Positions 38,796-49,109 of a stretch of DNA of 64,000 nucleotides are shown in pieces (the stretch's first letter is position 1; the number at the start of each line of letters is the position of its first letter). Both the position numbers and the translations under genes were made by a program. The stretch is from Sulfurimonas sp. Its GTDB lineage: Bacteria > Campylobacterota > Campylobacteria > Campylobacterales > Sulfurimonadaceae. The stretch is taken from NCBI GenBank assembly GCA_041662265.1, contig JBAZSV010000005.1, positions 124,010 to 188,009 of the forward strand, in the 5' to 3' direction. The notes under the pieces are model-generated. The model did no database searches, was not told the origin of the DNA, and was given only the letters and a program-made list of their open reading frames with translations.

Positions 38796-39608
38796 ATGAA
38801 AGCTGAATTAATGGAACAAATCGAGCATGTACCTATGCTCCCAGAAACCGTACAAAAAGTGGAAATGGTGTATAACAACCCGAGTAGTGGCGTAATGGAT
38901 ATGGCGAATGCAGTCAAAGAAGATCCGATTATTACGGCATATATTCTCAAAACAGCCAACTCTCCTTTGTATGGACTAAGCCGCACTGTTACAGATGTAG
39001 CACAAGCTATTTCACTTTTAGGCAAAGATGCCGTACGCACATTTACAATTGCCTCAGCAGCAAACACTTGCATGGACATTGACCTCTCGCCTTATGGAAT
39101 GACGCAAATCAATTATTTGGCGCGCGCACAGTTGCAAAATGCCTTAGTAAGTCGATGGGTGAACAAAGTAGATCGCTCTTTTTTGGTGCATCTTTCACTC
39201 GCTTCATTTTTGCTTGAACTAGGTAAAATCGTTATTAGCCGCTACCTCATAGAATCAGGGCAAGGTGCATTGTTAAGTGAAGCATTGAAAAATGGAAAAA
39301 CGACTGAACAAGCAGAAATATTGGCATGTGGAAGTAAATCCGAAGATGTTACAGCAACTCTCTTTTATCGATGGAATTTTGATCCTGATTTGGTGCACCT
39401 CATTCGATATTCTAATGAGCCAGAAGATGCTGGTGATATTGAAACACAAGAGATGGCAAAGTTTCTAAAAGTTGCAAAAGAAGCTATTGCACTTGATGGA
39501 ACAATGACAGATGAAACTTTAAAAAATGCTCGTGAACTTATTGAAGAATACGGCATGGAACAAAACTTTTTTGATGAGACCGTTAAAAAAATTCAAGCTG
39601 CCGCGTAA
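38796..39608 (+). CDS. HDOD-domain signalling protein
   Basis: 270 aa. LPMLPETVQKV...VKEDPIITAYILKTANSPLYGLSRTVTDVAQAISLLGKDAV is a typical HDOD N-terminus. Confidence 0.8.
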   Translation: MKAELMEQIEHVPMLPETVQKVEMVYNNPSSGVMDMANAVKEDPIITAYILKTANSPLYGLSRTVTDVAQAISLLGKDAVRTFTIASAANTCMDIDLSPYGMTQINYLARAQLQNALVSRWVNKVDRSFLVHLSLASFLLELGKIVISRYLIESGQGALLSEALKNGKTTEQAEILACGSKSEDVTATLFYRWNFDPDLVHLIRYSNEPEDAGDIETQEMAKFLKVAKEAIALDGTMTDETLKNARELIEEYGMEQNFFDETVKKIQAAA

Positions 39609-39612
39609 CATA

Positions 39613-39632
39613 ACAGCCAGTTCGCTGGCTGT
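39613..39632. terminator. GC-rich UUCG-loop hairpin between convergent HDOD and histidine-kinase genes
   Basis: ACAGCCAG-ttcg-CTGGCTGT, an 8-bp perfect stem, lies 5 nt after the HDOD stop and 4 nt from the HK stop. TACTTTTT follows on the plus strand. Confidence 0.6.
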
Positions 39633-39635
39633 CTT

Positions 39636-41030
39636 CTACTTTTTCAACATATTTTTCAAACTAAACCCAAAAGTTGAACCTTCTGAGTATATTGATTTTA
39701 TATAAAGCGCAGTTTTATGCGCCTTTAAAATATAACTTACCATGGCAAGTCCTATACCCATAGAGTTATCCCAGCTATTTTTATGAACTCTGTAAAATTT
39801 TGAAGTCACCTTGTCTAAATATTTCTCTTTTATACCAATGCCTTTATCCTTTACCAAAAGCATATCCTCTTCGAGTACAACTTCTACCTCATCATCTGAG
39901 TATTTGAGTGCGTTATCGACAAGATTTATAAGTGCCAACTCTAGCATAGTTTTATCAGCATGAATGATGCAATCCCGAGCACTCAGAACTATTTTTCTAC
40001 TTTTATATTTTAAAGAGAGATTTGCTACTACCTCTTCACACAAAAGCTTGAGATTAAAAGAAGTCTCTTTAATCTCTATGTCACTGTTCTCAAGTTTCAC
40101 AGTGAGTGCCAATCGGTCGAGCATTTTTGTTATTTTGTCACCATTGGAGCTAATCTTTTCTAAAAATTTTTCTCGTATTTTTATATCAAGATGAGAGTCT
40201 TGTTGTAGTGTTTGCGCATATCCCATTATGGAAGCGATAGGGTTTTTAAACTCATGCGAAATAGCGGATAAAATATCATTTCTTTGTTTGTTCATTAACC
40301 TGAGTTTTGCTATATATTTTTGTTTTTGCTTATCTCGATTGTGAAGTTTTTTTACAAGGTTTTTCAAAAGAAGTGAGATTTGTAAAAATTCATAAAAATA
40401 TTTTGTTTTTATGGTTGCCTTATAATTTTTGTTAGATATTTCATCAAGATACTTTGTAATCTGCATAATGTCATAAACTATTTTTTGGCTCATCTTTTTT
40501 GAAGCGAATAAAGCAATGAACAAAATAAGTGAAAAAACAAAGAAAAGTTTAATCCACAATAAGTAAAAATCATCCATAACTTGGGCTAAACTCATCGCCA
40601 ACCTAACATAAACAATTTTTCCTTTATAAGATAATTTTTTTGCTACATACAAAAAATCCACATTGAGTGTCTCAGAGTACCTTATGATATGTGAAAATTC
40701 TTCACTGTCTGCTTGCATGATTTCATATCTTGAGGAGTGATTCTCCATGATAGTTTTATCAGAATTTGATTCAGCGATCACATCACCTGTGCCACTGATT
40801 ATAGTTACTCGCATTTTTGTTTTTTCACTAATTTTAGAGGCATATTCATCTAAATTATCAATTCTTGAGAGCTCAATAGAGAGAAGATGAATATTGTTTT
40901 GAAGATTAGATGTATTATTCGTAATTATGATAGATTTCAGTGCGCTATAACTTATAATAGAGGAGATAAGTAAAGCACTAATAAAAAGCAGTAAAAACTT
41001 CACAATAAATATCTGATGTATTTTTAACAT
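39636..41030 (-). CDS. Sensor histidine kinase (PhoR/EnvZ-like)
   Basis: 464 aa with two TM segments flanking a periplasmic domain, H-box LSAISHEFKNPIASIMGYAQ, and the ATPase boxes NLVDNALKYS and DKGIGI. Confidence 0.85.
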   Translation of the reverse strand: MLKIHQIFIVKFLLLFISALLISSIISYSALKSIIITNNTSNLQNNIHLLSIELSRIDNLDEYASKISEKTKMRVTIISGTGDVIAESNSDKTIMENHSSRYEIMQADSEEFSHIIRYSETLNVDFLYVAKKLSYKGKIVYVRLAMSLAQVMDDFYLLWIKLFFVFSLILFIALFASKKMSQKIVYDIMQITKYLDEISNKNYKATIKTKYFYEFLQISLLLKNLVKKLHNRDKQKQKYIAKLRLMNKQRNDILSAISHEFKNPIASIMGYAQTLQQDSHLDIKIREKFLEKISSNGDKITKMLDRLALTVKLENSDIEIKETSFNLKLLCEEVVANLSLKYKSRKIVLSARDCIIHADKTMLELALINLVDNALKYSDDEVEVVLEEDMLLVKDKGIGIKEKYLDKVTSKFYRVHKNSWDNSMGIGLAMVSYILKAHKTALYIKSIYSEGSTFGFSLKNMLKK

Positions 41031-41082
41031 AACTTATTTTCCCCTTTTGCGATAACATTTCGAGCGTTCATAAACTTACCTT

Positions 41083-41778
41083 TTAAATTTCTATCTTATA
41101 CCCTTCGCCAAATACATTTTTAATTGTATTTTCGGGTACTTTTTTTCTTATATTTTTTATAATTGTTTTGAGAGCAGCTACTTTATCTTCATCAAGATCA
41201 TACCAAACATCTATTATTATATCATCGTATGTAAAAGTTCTGTTGATATCTGAGAAAAGAATAGTGAGTATTTTTCTCTCTTTATTTGTAAGAAGTACTA
41301 AATAGTTATCATCATAAAGTTCATTGGAGTCATAATCCCAACTAAAGTTATCTTTAAGAATTAGCTTTTTTTTCTCTGTTATCGTAAATTTTGAAAGCTC
41401 TTCTTCTACTAAATTGAGCGCATTTTTTAAATCTTCTCTACTTATAGGCTTTACCAAATATTTTGTGAGTTGAAGACTTGCCGCATCAAGTAAATAACCC
41501 GTATCTGTGTGCGATGTAAGCATCAATACTTTAGTAGAATGGTCTTTTTCTCTTATCTTTTTAAGTAAATCAATACCATTAAGCTTTGGTAAATTTATAT
41601 CAATAATCATAATATGTGGTTTTTTAGCCTTATAAATTTCATACGCTCTCTCGCCATCCTCTGCTTCATACACATTTTTAAAATATCTTTGTAAGTATTT
41701 AACATAATTCGTTCTTATAGCTTTTTCATCTTCAACAAACAGTATGTCATACTCTTTTACATCACTATGCATTTTCAT
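41083..41778 (-). CDS. OmpR-type response regulator
   Basis: REC domain (ILFVEDE...IIDINLPKLNG...LTSH) plus a winged-helix C-terminus. The start is set at MKMH (41778), which overlaps the upstream HK stop by 14 nt. Confidence 0.85.
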   Translation of the reverse strand: MKMHSDVKEYDILFVEDEKAIRTNYVKYLQRYFKNVYEAEDGERAYEIYKAKKPHIMIIDINLPKLNGIDLLKKIREKDHSTKVLMLTSHTDTGYLLDAASLQLTKYLVKPISREDLKNALNLVEEELSKFTITEKKKLILKDNFSWDYDSNELYDDNYLVLLTNKERKILTILFSDINRTFTYDDIIIDVWYDLDEDKVAALKTIIKNIRKKVPENTIKNVFGEGYKIEI

Positions 41779-44287
41779 CCTTAAAAATAATTGTAAAACA
41801 TGCTCCAATTTTTGTATTATTGACAATCAACTCAGCATTCATTCTCTCTTTAATAATCATTTGAGAAATATACAATCCCAAACCTGTTCCTTGTGATTTA
41901 TATTTTGTTGTAAAGTAAGGGTCAAATATTTTATGAATAATTGACTCATCGATTCCACCGCCATTATCTTCGATTCTTATATGATAATCGTGTTCAATCT
42001 TTTCAACTTCTACTCTAATCATTGGATACTGAATACTTCTGCTCACCAATACATCTTTAGCATTATTTAAAATTACAAGAATAACCTGTTCAAGTTCATT
42101 AGGAAACCCATAGTGCATACACTTTTTATCTGCCATAACTTCTACTTTTATATTGAAAGAAAGAAGGCTTCCTCTAATGATATAAACAGACTTATCTATC
42201 AAATCTTTAAGAGAGTATTTCTCCATTTTACTTTGACCATCAAAAAAGTTTTTAAAATCATTTATAGTTTTTGACATGTATTGAGTGAGGGATTCAATCT
42301 CAAGCAATTTTTCTTCAATAACATCATCTTTAAAGTTTTTTTCATACATTCTATCATCAATAACTAAAACAGATGAGTTTATTTGAGAGAGAGGCTGTCT
42401 CCATTGGTGCGCAATATTTTCAAGGACTTCATCCATAGCTGCAAGTTTTTTTTGATTAAAAATAAGTTGATCCTTATCTCTTGAATTGATTCTCTCTTCT
42501 TCAAAAGATTTTTGAAGTTTATTGTTTAATTTTTTTAATTCATACTGTCTATAAATAAAGAAAAGAGAAAAAAATGCAAAAAATGCAATCATCTTCAAAA
42601 AAAGACTATAATCAAAACCTACCTCTTGCTTTATAGAAAACCATTTTTTCATAATAGACTGTTTTTGTTCCTCAGAAATACTTAACACCACTTTTTGCAA
42701 TACAGCATAAAGGAGTGCGTCATCACTTCGTATTCCAAAGCCCAAGGATACTTTTTCATCAAAACTCGCACTTATTTTTAGATTCGTAAAAAAACCATTT
42801 TGAATGTAATAGCCAATAGCTATGGATGTATCAGCAAAACCAAATACTTTACCCTCGCTTACCATCTCTAGTCCATCTTGAACATTTTTTACTTCAACTA
42901 TTTTTATATTCTTATACTTTTGTTTAATCATATCGATTATGGAGTAGTTTTTTACACAAGCGATTGTTTTATCTTCTAAAATAGAGATATCTATAATTGT
43001 TGGTTTGTCCATTTGTGTAACAATCACTTGAGGCACTTTTAAATGCGGGTCTGTAAAATTTAAATATGTTTTTCTTTCATTTGTTGGCGAGACAAGAGAT
43101 AAAATATCACATTTATTTGTTTTAACATATTCGATAGAATCAGACCAAGTTTTCGTTGGAATGAGCTTAAATTCTACACCTAATTTCTCTTGAGCGATTT
43201 GTATAAACTCTTTATTTAGACCTACAACCTCACCATTTTCTATAGCTTCAAATGGCATCCAATCTGGGTCTGCACACATTGTAATCTCTTTTTTTTTCTC
43301 TAAATACTCTCTCTCTTGTAAAGTAAAGTTTATTGAATTATTTTTAGATTTATAATCATAAATGAATAATTCTAAATTCTTGTTTTTACTATTTTCAATA
43401 AAACCAGATTGAACAAAATTATCCGCAATTATTTTAACCCTATCAAGGTCTATACTTCCGATTTCATAGACATTTGGAAGCATGATTTTTTCTATCTGCA
43501 TAGCTTCAAACTTGAGTGCTTCTTTTGATTTATTTTGAGTATTATACTTTTTTAGGATAAGGTCTATAACTTCATCTTTGTGTTCTAGTGCATACTTCCA
43601 GCCTTTTATGGAAGCTTCTTTGAACATTTGAACTCGTAATGGATGGTTTTGCACTTCATTTTTAGATGTAAAAAGATTAACATCATAATATTTTGCTCCA
43701 TAAAGTACTGGGTCAAATATAGTGTATTCTATGCCACTTTTTTCTAAGTAATAGAGTTCATTCGTTGTAAAGATACTCATAGCATCTACTTTTTTATTGA
43801 TGAAGTCATCTATGTTGAAACTCGTTGGAATATTTATAATGTCTTTAACAGAGACATTAAACTTATCGAGCATTGTGAGTAAAGTACTATTGTCAATGCT
43901 CTCAGAAATACCCATAACTTTCTTGCCTTTTAAATCATTAGGCGTATGAATATTTTTTTGTGCTACTAAAACTAAAGGGGATTGTTTAAAAAAATTTGCC
44001 ACCAAAACGATTGGTTTTGCACTCATATATTCTGCGATAATGGACGAATATGTAAGTCCATATTGGGCATGTCCATTTAAAACTTCTTCTGTTATATTTG
44101 TTGTTTCATTAAACTCTACAAATTTTACATCCAATCCAACATCTTTATAAAATCCTTTCTCTTGTGCCGCATAAAATCCAGCAAATTCAAATTGATGCTT
44201 CCATTGTAATTGCAGAGTGATGTTATCCAAAGCAGAAGCAGATAAGTGAGTTATAAATAAAATGAATAGTATGTTAAAAAATTTCAT
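41765..44287 (-). CDS. Sensor histidine kinase with two periplasmic solute-binding-protein-like domains
   Basis: 840 aa with a signal peptide, an NMT1/SsuA-like domain and an SBP_bac_3-like domain, and a TM segment. H-box is IAHQWRQPLSQI; ATPase boxes are EDNGGGI and GTGLGLYIS. Confidence 0.8.
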   Translation of the reverse strand: MKFFNILFILFITHLSASALDNITLQLQWKHQFEFAGFYAAQEKGFYKDVGLDVKFVEFNETTNITEEVLNGHAQYGLTYSSIIAEYMSAKPIVLVANFFKQSPLVLVAQKNIHTPNDLKGKKVMGISESIDNSTLLTMLDKFNVSVKDIINIPTSFNIDDFINKKVDAMSIFTTNELYYLEKSGIEYTIFDPVLYGAKYYDVNLFTSKNEVQNHPLRVQMFKEASIKGWKYALEHKDEVIDLILKKYNTQNKSKEALKFEAMQIEKIMLPNVYEIGSIDLDRVKIIADNFVQSGFIENSKNKNLELFIYDYKSKNNSINFTLQEREYLEKKKEITMCADPDWMPFEAIENGEVVGLNKEFIQIAQEKLGVEFKLIPTKTWSDSIEYVKTNKCDILSLVSPTNERKTYLNFTDPHLKVPQVIVTQMDKPTIIDISILEDKTIACVKNYSIIDMIKQKYKNIKIVEVKNVQDGLEMVSEGKVFGFADTSIAIGYYIQNGFFTNLKISASFDEKVSLGFGIRSDDALLYAVLQKVVLSISEEQKQSIMKKWFSIKQEVGFDYSLFLKMIAFFAFFSLFFIYRQYELKKLNNKLQKSFEEERINSRDKDQLIFNQKKLAAMDEVLENIAHQWRQPLSQINSSVLVIDDRMYEKNFKDDVIEEKLLEIESLTQYMSKTINDFKNFFDGQSKMEKYSLKDLIDKSVYIIRGSLLSFNIKVEVMADKKCMHYGFPNELEQVILVILNNAKDVLVSRSIQYPMIRVEVEKIEHDYHIRIEDNGGGIDESIIHKIFDPYFTTKYKSQGTGLGLYISQMIIKERMNAELIVNNTKIGACFTIIFKDENA

Positions 44288-44370
44288 AAAGACATTTTAG
44301 CAAAATAACTTTATATAAAAGAAAGCTTATATGTTTTATAATGTAGAAAATAGATAGAAAAGGAAGTATC

Positions 44371-44862
44371 ATGTTTGTATCATCATATAGCACTTACATT
44401 CAGACAAATGCTTCTGATAGACCCGCAAAAACTAAAGAACACACGAGTAGTAATAACACTTCTTTTAGTTCTAAACTTCTTGCACAGTCTGATTTTGACC
44501 TTAATTCAACTTCAGATTTGCCTATTGATTATATTTACAGGGCTAAATCTTTCAACACTAAGTTAGAACTTCAAAGACAAGAAGAGGCTTTGAAAAACCC
44601 AGAAAATGAGTTCATATCCAAATCTAAAGAGTTAACAAAAGAGTTTATGGGCAATAAAACTCTCCAAAATGCAAAAAGTTCGTATGAAGATAATTCAAAA
44701 ATATTTTCACTTATTAGAACACCACGCCATCCGCTTGACCAAACACCACAAACAGATACAAGACTTCCAGAAAATGTTCAAAAATTACAAGAACAAAATA
44801 TGCGTCATATCATGATAAACACTTATGCACAAAATGATAAGTACTACAAAATCACAGCTTAA
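44371..44862 (+). CDS. Hypothetical Ser/Thr/Asn-rich protein
   Basis: 163-aa ORF with an AAGGAAG RBS. No signal peptide or domain. It is divergent from the SBP-HK gene. Confidence 0.5.
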   Translation: MFVSSYSTYIQTNASDRPAKTKEHTSSNNTSFSSKLLAQSDFDLNSTSDLPIDYIYRAKSFNTKLELQRQEEALKNPENEFISKSKELTKEFMGNKTLQNAKSSYEDNSKIFSLIRTPRHPLDQTPQTDTRLPENVQKLQEQNMRHIMINTYAQNDKYYKITA

Positions 44863-45668
44863 TTTTCTATCCACGCCTCAGTTTTAATCACTCTTGCATC
44901 ATCAAAATATTTTAATTTTACAGCATTCGAACACGCACCATCACTAAAATCCATGAGTGCTACTTGAAGTATTTTTTTACATGATTTTGGAACATCAAAA
45001 TGCCCTTTTATGCCAGTTAAAAACTGCTTTAATGGCACTTTCTCATCCATTCCTATGACATTGTCTCTGCATCCCGTGAGTCCGATATCACTCAAATATG
45101 CAGTACCTTTTACGATTTGAAAATCATCTGTTGAAACATGCGTATGCGTCCCAATAATCCCACTCACTTTTCCTTGCAAAAGCATCATCATAGCTCTTTT
45201 TTCACTTGTAGCTTCTGCATGAAAATCTATAAAAATGTTTTTAATTCCCTGTGCGTGAAGAGCCTCAACCGTAGCTAATGCACAGCGAAAAGCATTGTCA
45301 GCGTAAGGCATAGAGTAGTGTCCCATCAGATTAAGAACAGCTAACTTTTCACCCGCCACTTCATAAATTTTGCACCCAGTTCCAGGAACTCCATCGGGAT
45401 AATTATGTGGTCGGAGTATCTCATGTGTATCAAAAAGTGCTACAACATCTTTTTTATCCCAAGAGTGATTGCCACCACTCATACAATCAATTCCACATGC
45501 CAAGAGTTCATTCGCATTTTGAAGTGTTACACCAAAACCATGCGAAGCATTTTCATAGTTTGCAATAACAAAATCAACCTCATACTCTTTTTTAATATTT
45601 TTAAGATGCGCCTTAACCATCTCACGCCCTGGACGACCAACTATATCGCCTATAAACATCACTCTCAT
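44859..45668 (-). CDS. YmdB-like metallophosphoesterase (TIGR00282 family)
   Basis: MRVMFIGDIVGRPGR, GGNHSWD and GTHTHV motifs. Confidence 0.8.
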   Translation of the reverse strand: MRVMFIGDIVGRPGREMVKAHLKNIKKEYEVDFVIANYENASHGFGVTLQNANELLACGIDCMSGGNHSWDKKDVVALFDTHEILRPHNYPDGVPGTGCKIYEVAGEKLAVLNLMGHYSMPYADNAFRCALATVEALHAQGIKNIFIDFHAEATSEKRAMMMLLQGKVSGIIGTHTHVSTDDFQIVKGTAYLSDIGLTGCRDNVIGMDEKVPLKQFLTGIKGHFDVPKSCKKILQVALMDFSDGACSNAVKLKYFDDARVIKTEAWIEN

Positions 45669-45672
45669 ATTT

Positions 45673-48663
45673 TTATAACACCTTTGACTTGTTGTTTCTC
45701 AGATAAATCAGCGTCGCTTTTATAATGTCGTCATCATCTTTAGAATTTGATTTTATGCTCTCTTTTGCCTCATTCATGAAAGTGAATGTGATGTTTTGCC
45801 CATAATTTGAGATAGATTTTATTCTATTTTCAAGACTTAAAAGTTTAATCACCATAAGCTCAAAAAACTGTTTCGTTGGAGTATCTAAAACTCCAAATCT
45901 GTCGATAACTTCTTCTTCTATCTCATACACTTCCACTACTTCTTCGCATTGTGAGAGTCTTCTGTAAATGTCCAGTCGTAATCTGTCCTCTTTGACAACC
46001 TCATCGGAGATAAAAGCTGAGATAGTGAGTTTGATATCCACTTTGAGTTTCACGCTCTCAACTGTGTTGCTGAGCACTTTTATAGCATCTTCGAGCATTC
46101 TAAGGTAAAGCGAATAGCCGATATTTTTGATGTGTCCGCTCTGTGCATCCCCGACAAGATTTCCACCGCCTCTTATCTCTAAATCATGGTATGCCAAAAC
46201 AGAACCGCTTCCCAAAAAGGAGTTTGACTCTAATGCCAAAAGTCGTTTTTTTGCTTCATCTGTCAAATTCTCTTTATTTTCAACTATAAAATAAGCAAAA
46301 CCCTCCGCATGCGCACGACCTACACGACCGCGTAATTGATGCAAATCTGCCATCCCAAATCTGTCCGCACCATCAACGATAATGGTGTTTACATTTGGCA
46401 TATGGATTCCTGATTCGATGATGGAAGTTGCTAACATCAAATCATATTTACCCTCTTCAAACTTTAAAAGTTCTTCTTCCGTTTTTGTTGCGGAGATTTG
46501 AGAATGCAACATCACGATACGAAGTTCTGGCAAAATCGCTTTGAGTTCTCCAAGCTTTATCGGCATGTGGTCTATGGAATTGTGTACATAAAAAACCTGT
46601 CCACCACGGCGAAGTTCACGAAGGATGACCTCTTTTATGAGTTTCTCTTCATACTCTTTTACAAAGGTTCGTACAGGCTGTCTGTCGCTTGGCGGAGTGA
46701 GAAGTTGGCTCATCGTTTTTATGGAACTCATCGCTTGATTGAGTGAGCGAGGGATGGGCGTGGCACTCATGGAAAGAAGATGCACATTATGATAAAGCTC
46801 TTTGATTTTCTCTTTTTGCTTCACTCCGAACTTATGCTCTTCATCAATGATAACAACACCTAAGTTTTTAAACTCCAAACCAAAAAGAGAGTGTGTCCCG
46901 ACTACGGCGTCCAAATCTCCACATGCCAGAGCTTTGATAATATTAGTTTTATCTTTTGCACTTACAAATCTATCGAGCTTTGATATTTTTATGCCAAGTT
47001 TATCAAATCTCTCTCGAAGTGAGCGATAATGTTGCGCCGATAAAAGCGTTGTTGGAACGATGAGAGCAGACTGAAAACCTGATTTGTAAGCTGAAAAAAT
47101 CGTGTTCATCGCAACTTCTGTTTTTCCAAACCCGACATCTCCGCTTAAAAGTCTATCCATAATATGCCCAGACTCCATCTGAGAAACTATCTCTTCGACT
47201 GCTACGGTTTGGTCTTGTGTATAATCAAATCCTGAGAGTTTTTGAAACTCTTTTAACTCTCTTTTATCGACACTCATTTGAGGTGCTTTGATGAGCGCAC
47301 GAGCCGCCGCTGTGTTTACAATCGCTCCTGCAATCTCAAAGAGTCGTTTTTTGACACTCTCTTTGAGTTTGGCAAAACTTCCTTTTCCAAGTCTGTCTAA
47401 AACGGGAGTTGAACCGCCAGAAGCGATGTAGCGGTCGATGAAATCCAAGTTTTCAACAGGAAGTAAAATTTTATCATCGCCGACATATTTAATGACGATA
47501 AAATCTTTGATACCGCCGAGAATTTCAGTCTGCTCAATCCCCTCAAAAATCCCCACACCATAATCTTCATGCACAACATAATCGCCGACTTTAAGGTCAT
47601 CAAGCAGTATTGCACTTTTTCTTCTTCGTCTCTTTTTCTCTGGTTTGTTGAGCGAAATTACAAGTTCATCTTTGGAGATAATATTTAAAATATAGGGTGC
47701 ATAGATTTTGTTGATATTTTCAAACTCATAAATTCCAACCTGCTTCATAGAGGCTTCATTGGCTGCAATGATGGTTATTTTTTTATCTTTATGAACTTTT
47801 AAGAGTACACTCACATCTACAACTGCTAACTCTTTAAAAGCATCCGAATCTGGAAGTATCTCTAAGTTAAAAGACTCTCTTGAGAGTATGGGATTGTTTA
47901 TACCATACGCTTCTTTGAGGAGATTGTCTAAGTTTTTACTTAGCTTTGCATTTTTGCCCTCTAAAAAATTTGAACCATTTTCATCCAGATACCAAAATCC
48001 AAGAGAGGCAACATCTTTGACCAAAGAGTCAAACTGAGAATTTTGCACTCTCTCATTTAAAGCGTTAAAACCATTTTCATCAAGTGAGTAAAAAGCGCTC
48101 GTTATCTCAATGCTCTCAAGTTCCTCTTTTTGCGTTCTTTGCGATTCAAGTTCAAAATACTTTATCTGCTCTATTTCATTATCAAAAAGTGAAATACGCA
48201 CAGGATTTTTAGCCGAGGGAGTAAAAATATCTATAATATCCCCACGAAAAGAGATTTCGCCCTCTACTTGAACCATATCCACAAAATTATAACCCCAAAA
48301 AAGCATCCACTCTTTAAAGGCGCTTAACTCGATTGTTTGTCCAAACTCTAGTGAAGTGGATTTGAGTAACTTCTCATTTGGCATGTGGAAAAGTAAAGTT
48401 TTGAGCGGTGCAATAACAAGCGGTTTTTTCTTTGCACGATAATAAATTCTAAGTTGAGAGAAAAGCTGATGCAACTCCTCTTTATAAGAGCGTAAATCAT
48501 CGCCAAAAGTAGGACGAAAATCTGGAAAAACAAGCACATCTTTTTTAAAAAAATGCGCTACAGTTGCAAGTTCTTCTGCCTCATTTTTATCTTCACAAAC
48601 CAAAACTTCCATATTTGGAGTTTTGTTTGTTTTAAAATATTCAAATAAAGAACTTTGTGACAT
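45673..48663 (-). CDS. mfd: Transcription-repair coupling factor Mfd
   Basis: 996 aa with a CarD-like VGDYVVHEDYGVGIF, helicase motif I SGDVGFGKTEVA, motif II IIDEEHKFGV, and QLRGRVGR. Confidence 0.95.
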   Translation of the reverse strand: MSQSSLFEYFKTNKTPNMEVLVCEDKNEAEELATVAHFFKKDVLVFPDFRPTFGDDLRSYKEELHQLFSQLRIYYRAKKKPLVIAPLKTLLFHMPNEKLLKSTSLEFGQTIELSAFKEWMLFWGYNFVDMVQVEGEISFRGDIIDIFTPSAKNPVRISLFDNEIEQIKYFELESQRTQKEELESIEITSAFYSLDENGFNALNERVQNSQFDSLVKDVASLGFWYLDENGSNFLEGKNAKLSKNLDNLLKEAYGINNPILSRESFNLEILPDSDAFKELAVVDVSVLLKVHKDKKITIIAANEASMKQVGIYEFENINKIYAPYILNIISKDELVISLNKPEKKRRRRKSAILLDDLKVGDYVVHEDYGVGIFEGIEQTEILGGIKDFIVIKYVGDDKILLPVENLDFIDRYIASGGSTPVLDRLGKGSFAKLKESVKKRLFEIAGAIVNTAAARALIKAPQMSVDKRELKEFQKLSGFDYTQDQTVAVEEIVSQMESGHIMDRLLSGDVGFGKTEVAMNTIFSAYKSGFQSALIVPTTLLSAQHYRSLRERFDKLGIKISKLDRFVSAKDKTNIIKALACGDLDAVVGTHSLFGLEFKNLGVVIIDEEHKFGVKQKEKIKELYHNVHLLSMSATPIPRSLNQAMSSIKTMSQLLTPPSDRQPVRTFVKEYEEKLIKEVILRELRRGGQVFYVHNSIDHMPIKLGELKAILPELRIVMLHSQISATKTEEELLKFEEGKYDLMLATSIIESGIHMPNVNTIIVDGADRFGMADLHQLRGRVGRAHAEGFAYFIVENKENLTDEAKKRLLALESNSFLGSGSVLAYHDLEIRGGGNLVGDAQSGHIKNIGYSLYLRMLEDAIKVLSNTVESVKLKVDIKLTISAFISDEVVKEDRLRLDIYRRLSQCEEVVEVYEIEEEVIDRFGVLDTPTKQFFELMVIKLLSLENRIKSISNYGQNITFTFMNEAKESIKSNSKDDDDIIKATLIYLRNNKSKVL

Positions 48664-48677
48664 ACTTTTCCTACGGT

Positions 48678-49109
48678 TTATATTTTTAAAGGCTCTGGTT
48701 CTGGCACTTGGATTGTTTCAAGAGGTTTTTTTTGTTTTGAGAGTTGCGCAGTTTTTAAAACGCTCATTCCCTCAAAAATACCTTTTGATTCGATTATAAG
48801 TTCAGAAGATTCTATCGTGCCTTTGACGCGCCCATCCGCTTTTATTTCAACTTTATCAGCGTTTATTGTACCTTCGATAAAACCTTGAACCACAAGACGA
48901 TTTGTAAATATCTCGCCTTTGATATGTCCATGTTTACCGATGTTTACCTCATTTTTAGAGTTAATAACACCTTCAAATTCGCCATCAACATATAAATTGC
49001 AAGAGAGATTCATCTCCCCCTTTATTGATGAACCGATTGTGATAATGGTTGTGCTTGAGTCGGGCTTGGTACTTTGATGTGTGCTGTCGCTTTTATTAAA
49101 GATTGCCAT
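48678..49109 (-). CDS. Bactofilin (CcmA-like polymer-forming cytoskeletal protein)
   Basis: 143 aa with repetitive beta-helix pattern (IKGEMNLSCNLYVDGEFEGVINSKNEVNIGKHGHIKGEI...). An AAGGAG RBS lies upstream of ATG 49109, inside the 3-prime end of the M23 gene. Confidence 0.8.
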   Translation of the reverse strand: MAIFNKSDSTHQSTKPDSSTTIITIGSSIKGEMNLSCNLYVDGEFEGVINSKNEVNIGKHGHIKGEIFTNRLVVQGFIEGTINADKVEIKADGRVKGTIESSELIIESKGIFEGMSVLKTAQLSKQKKPLETIQVPEPEPLKI

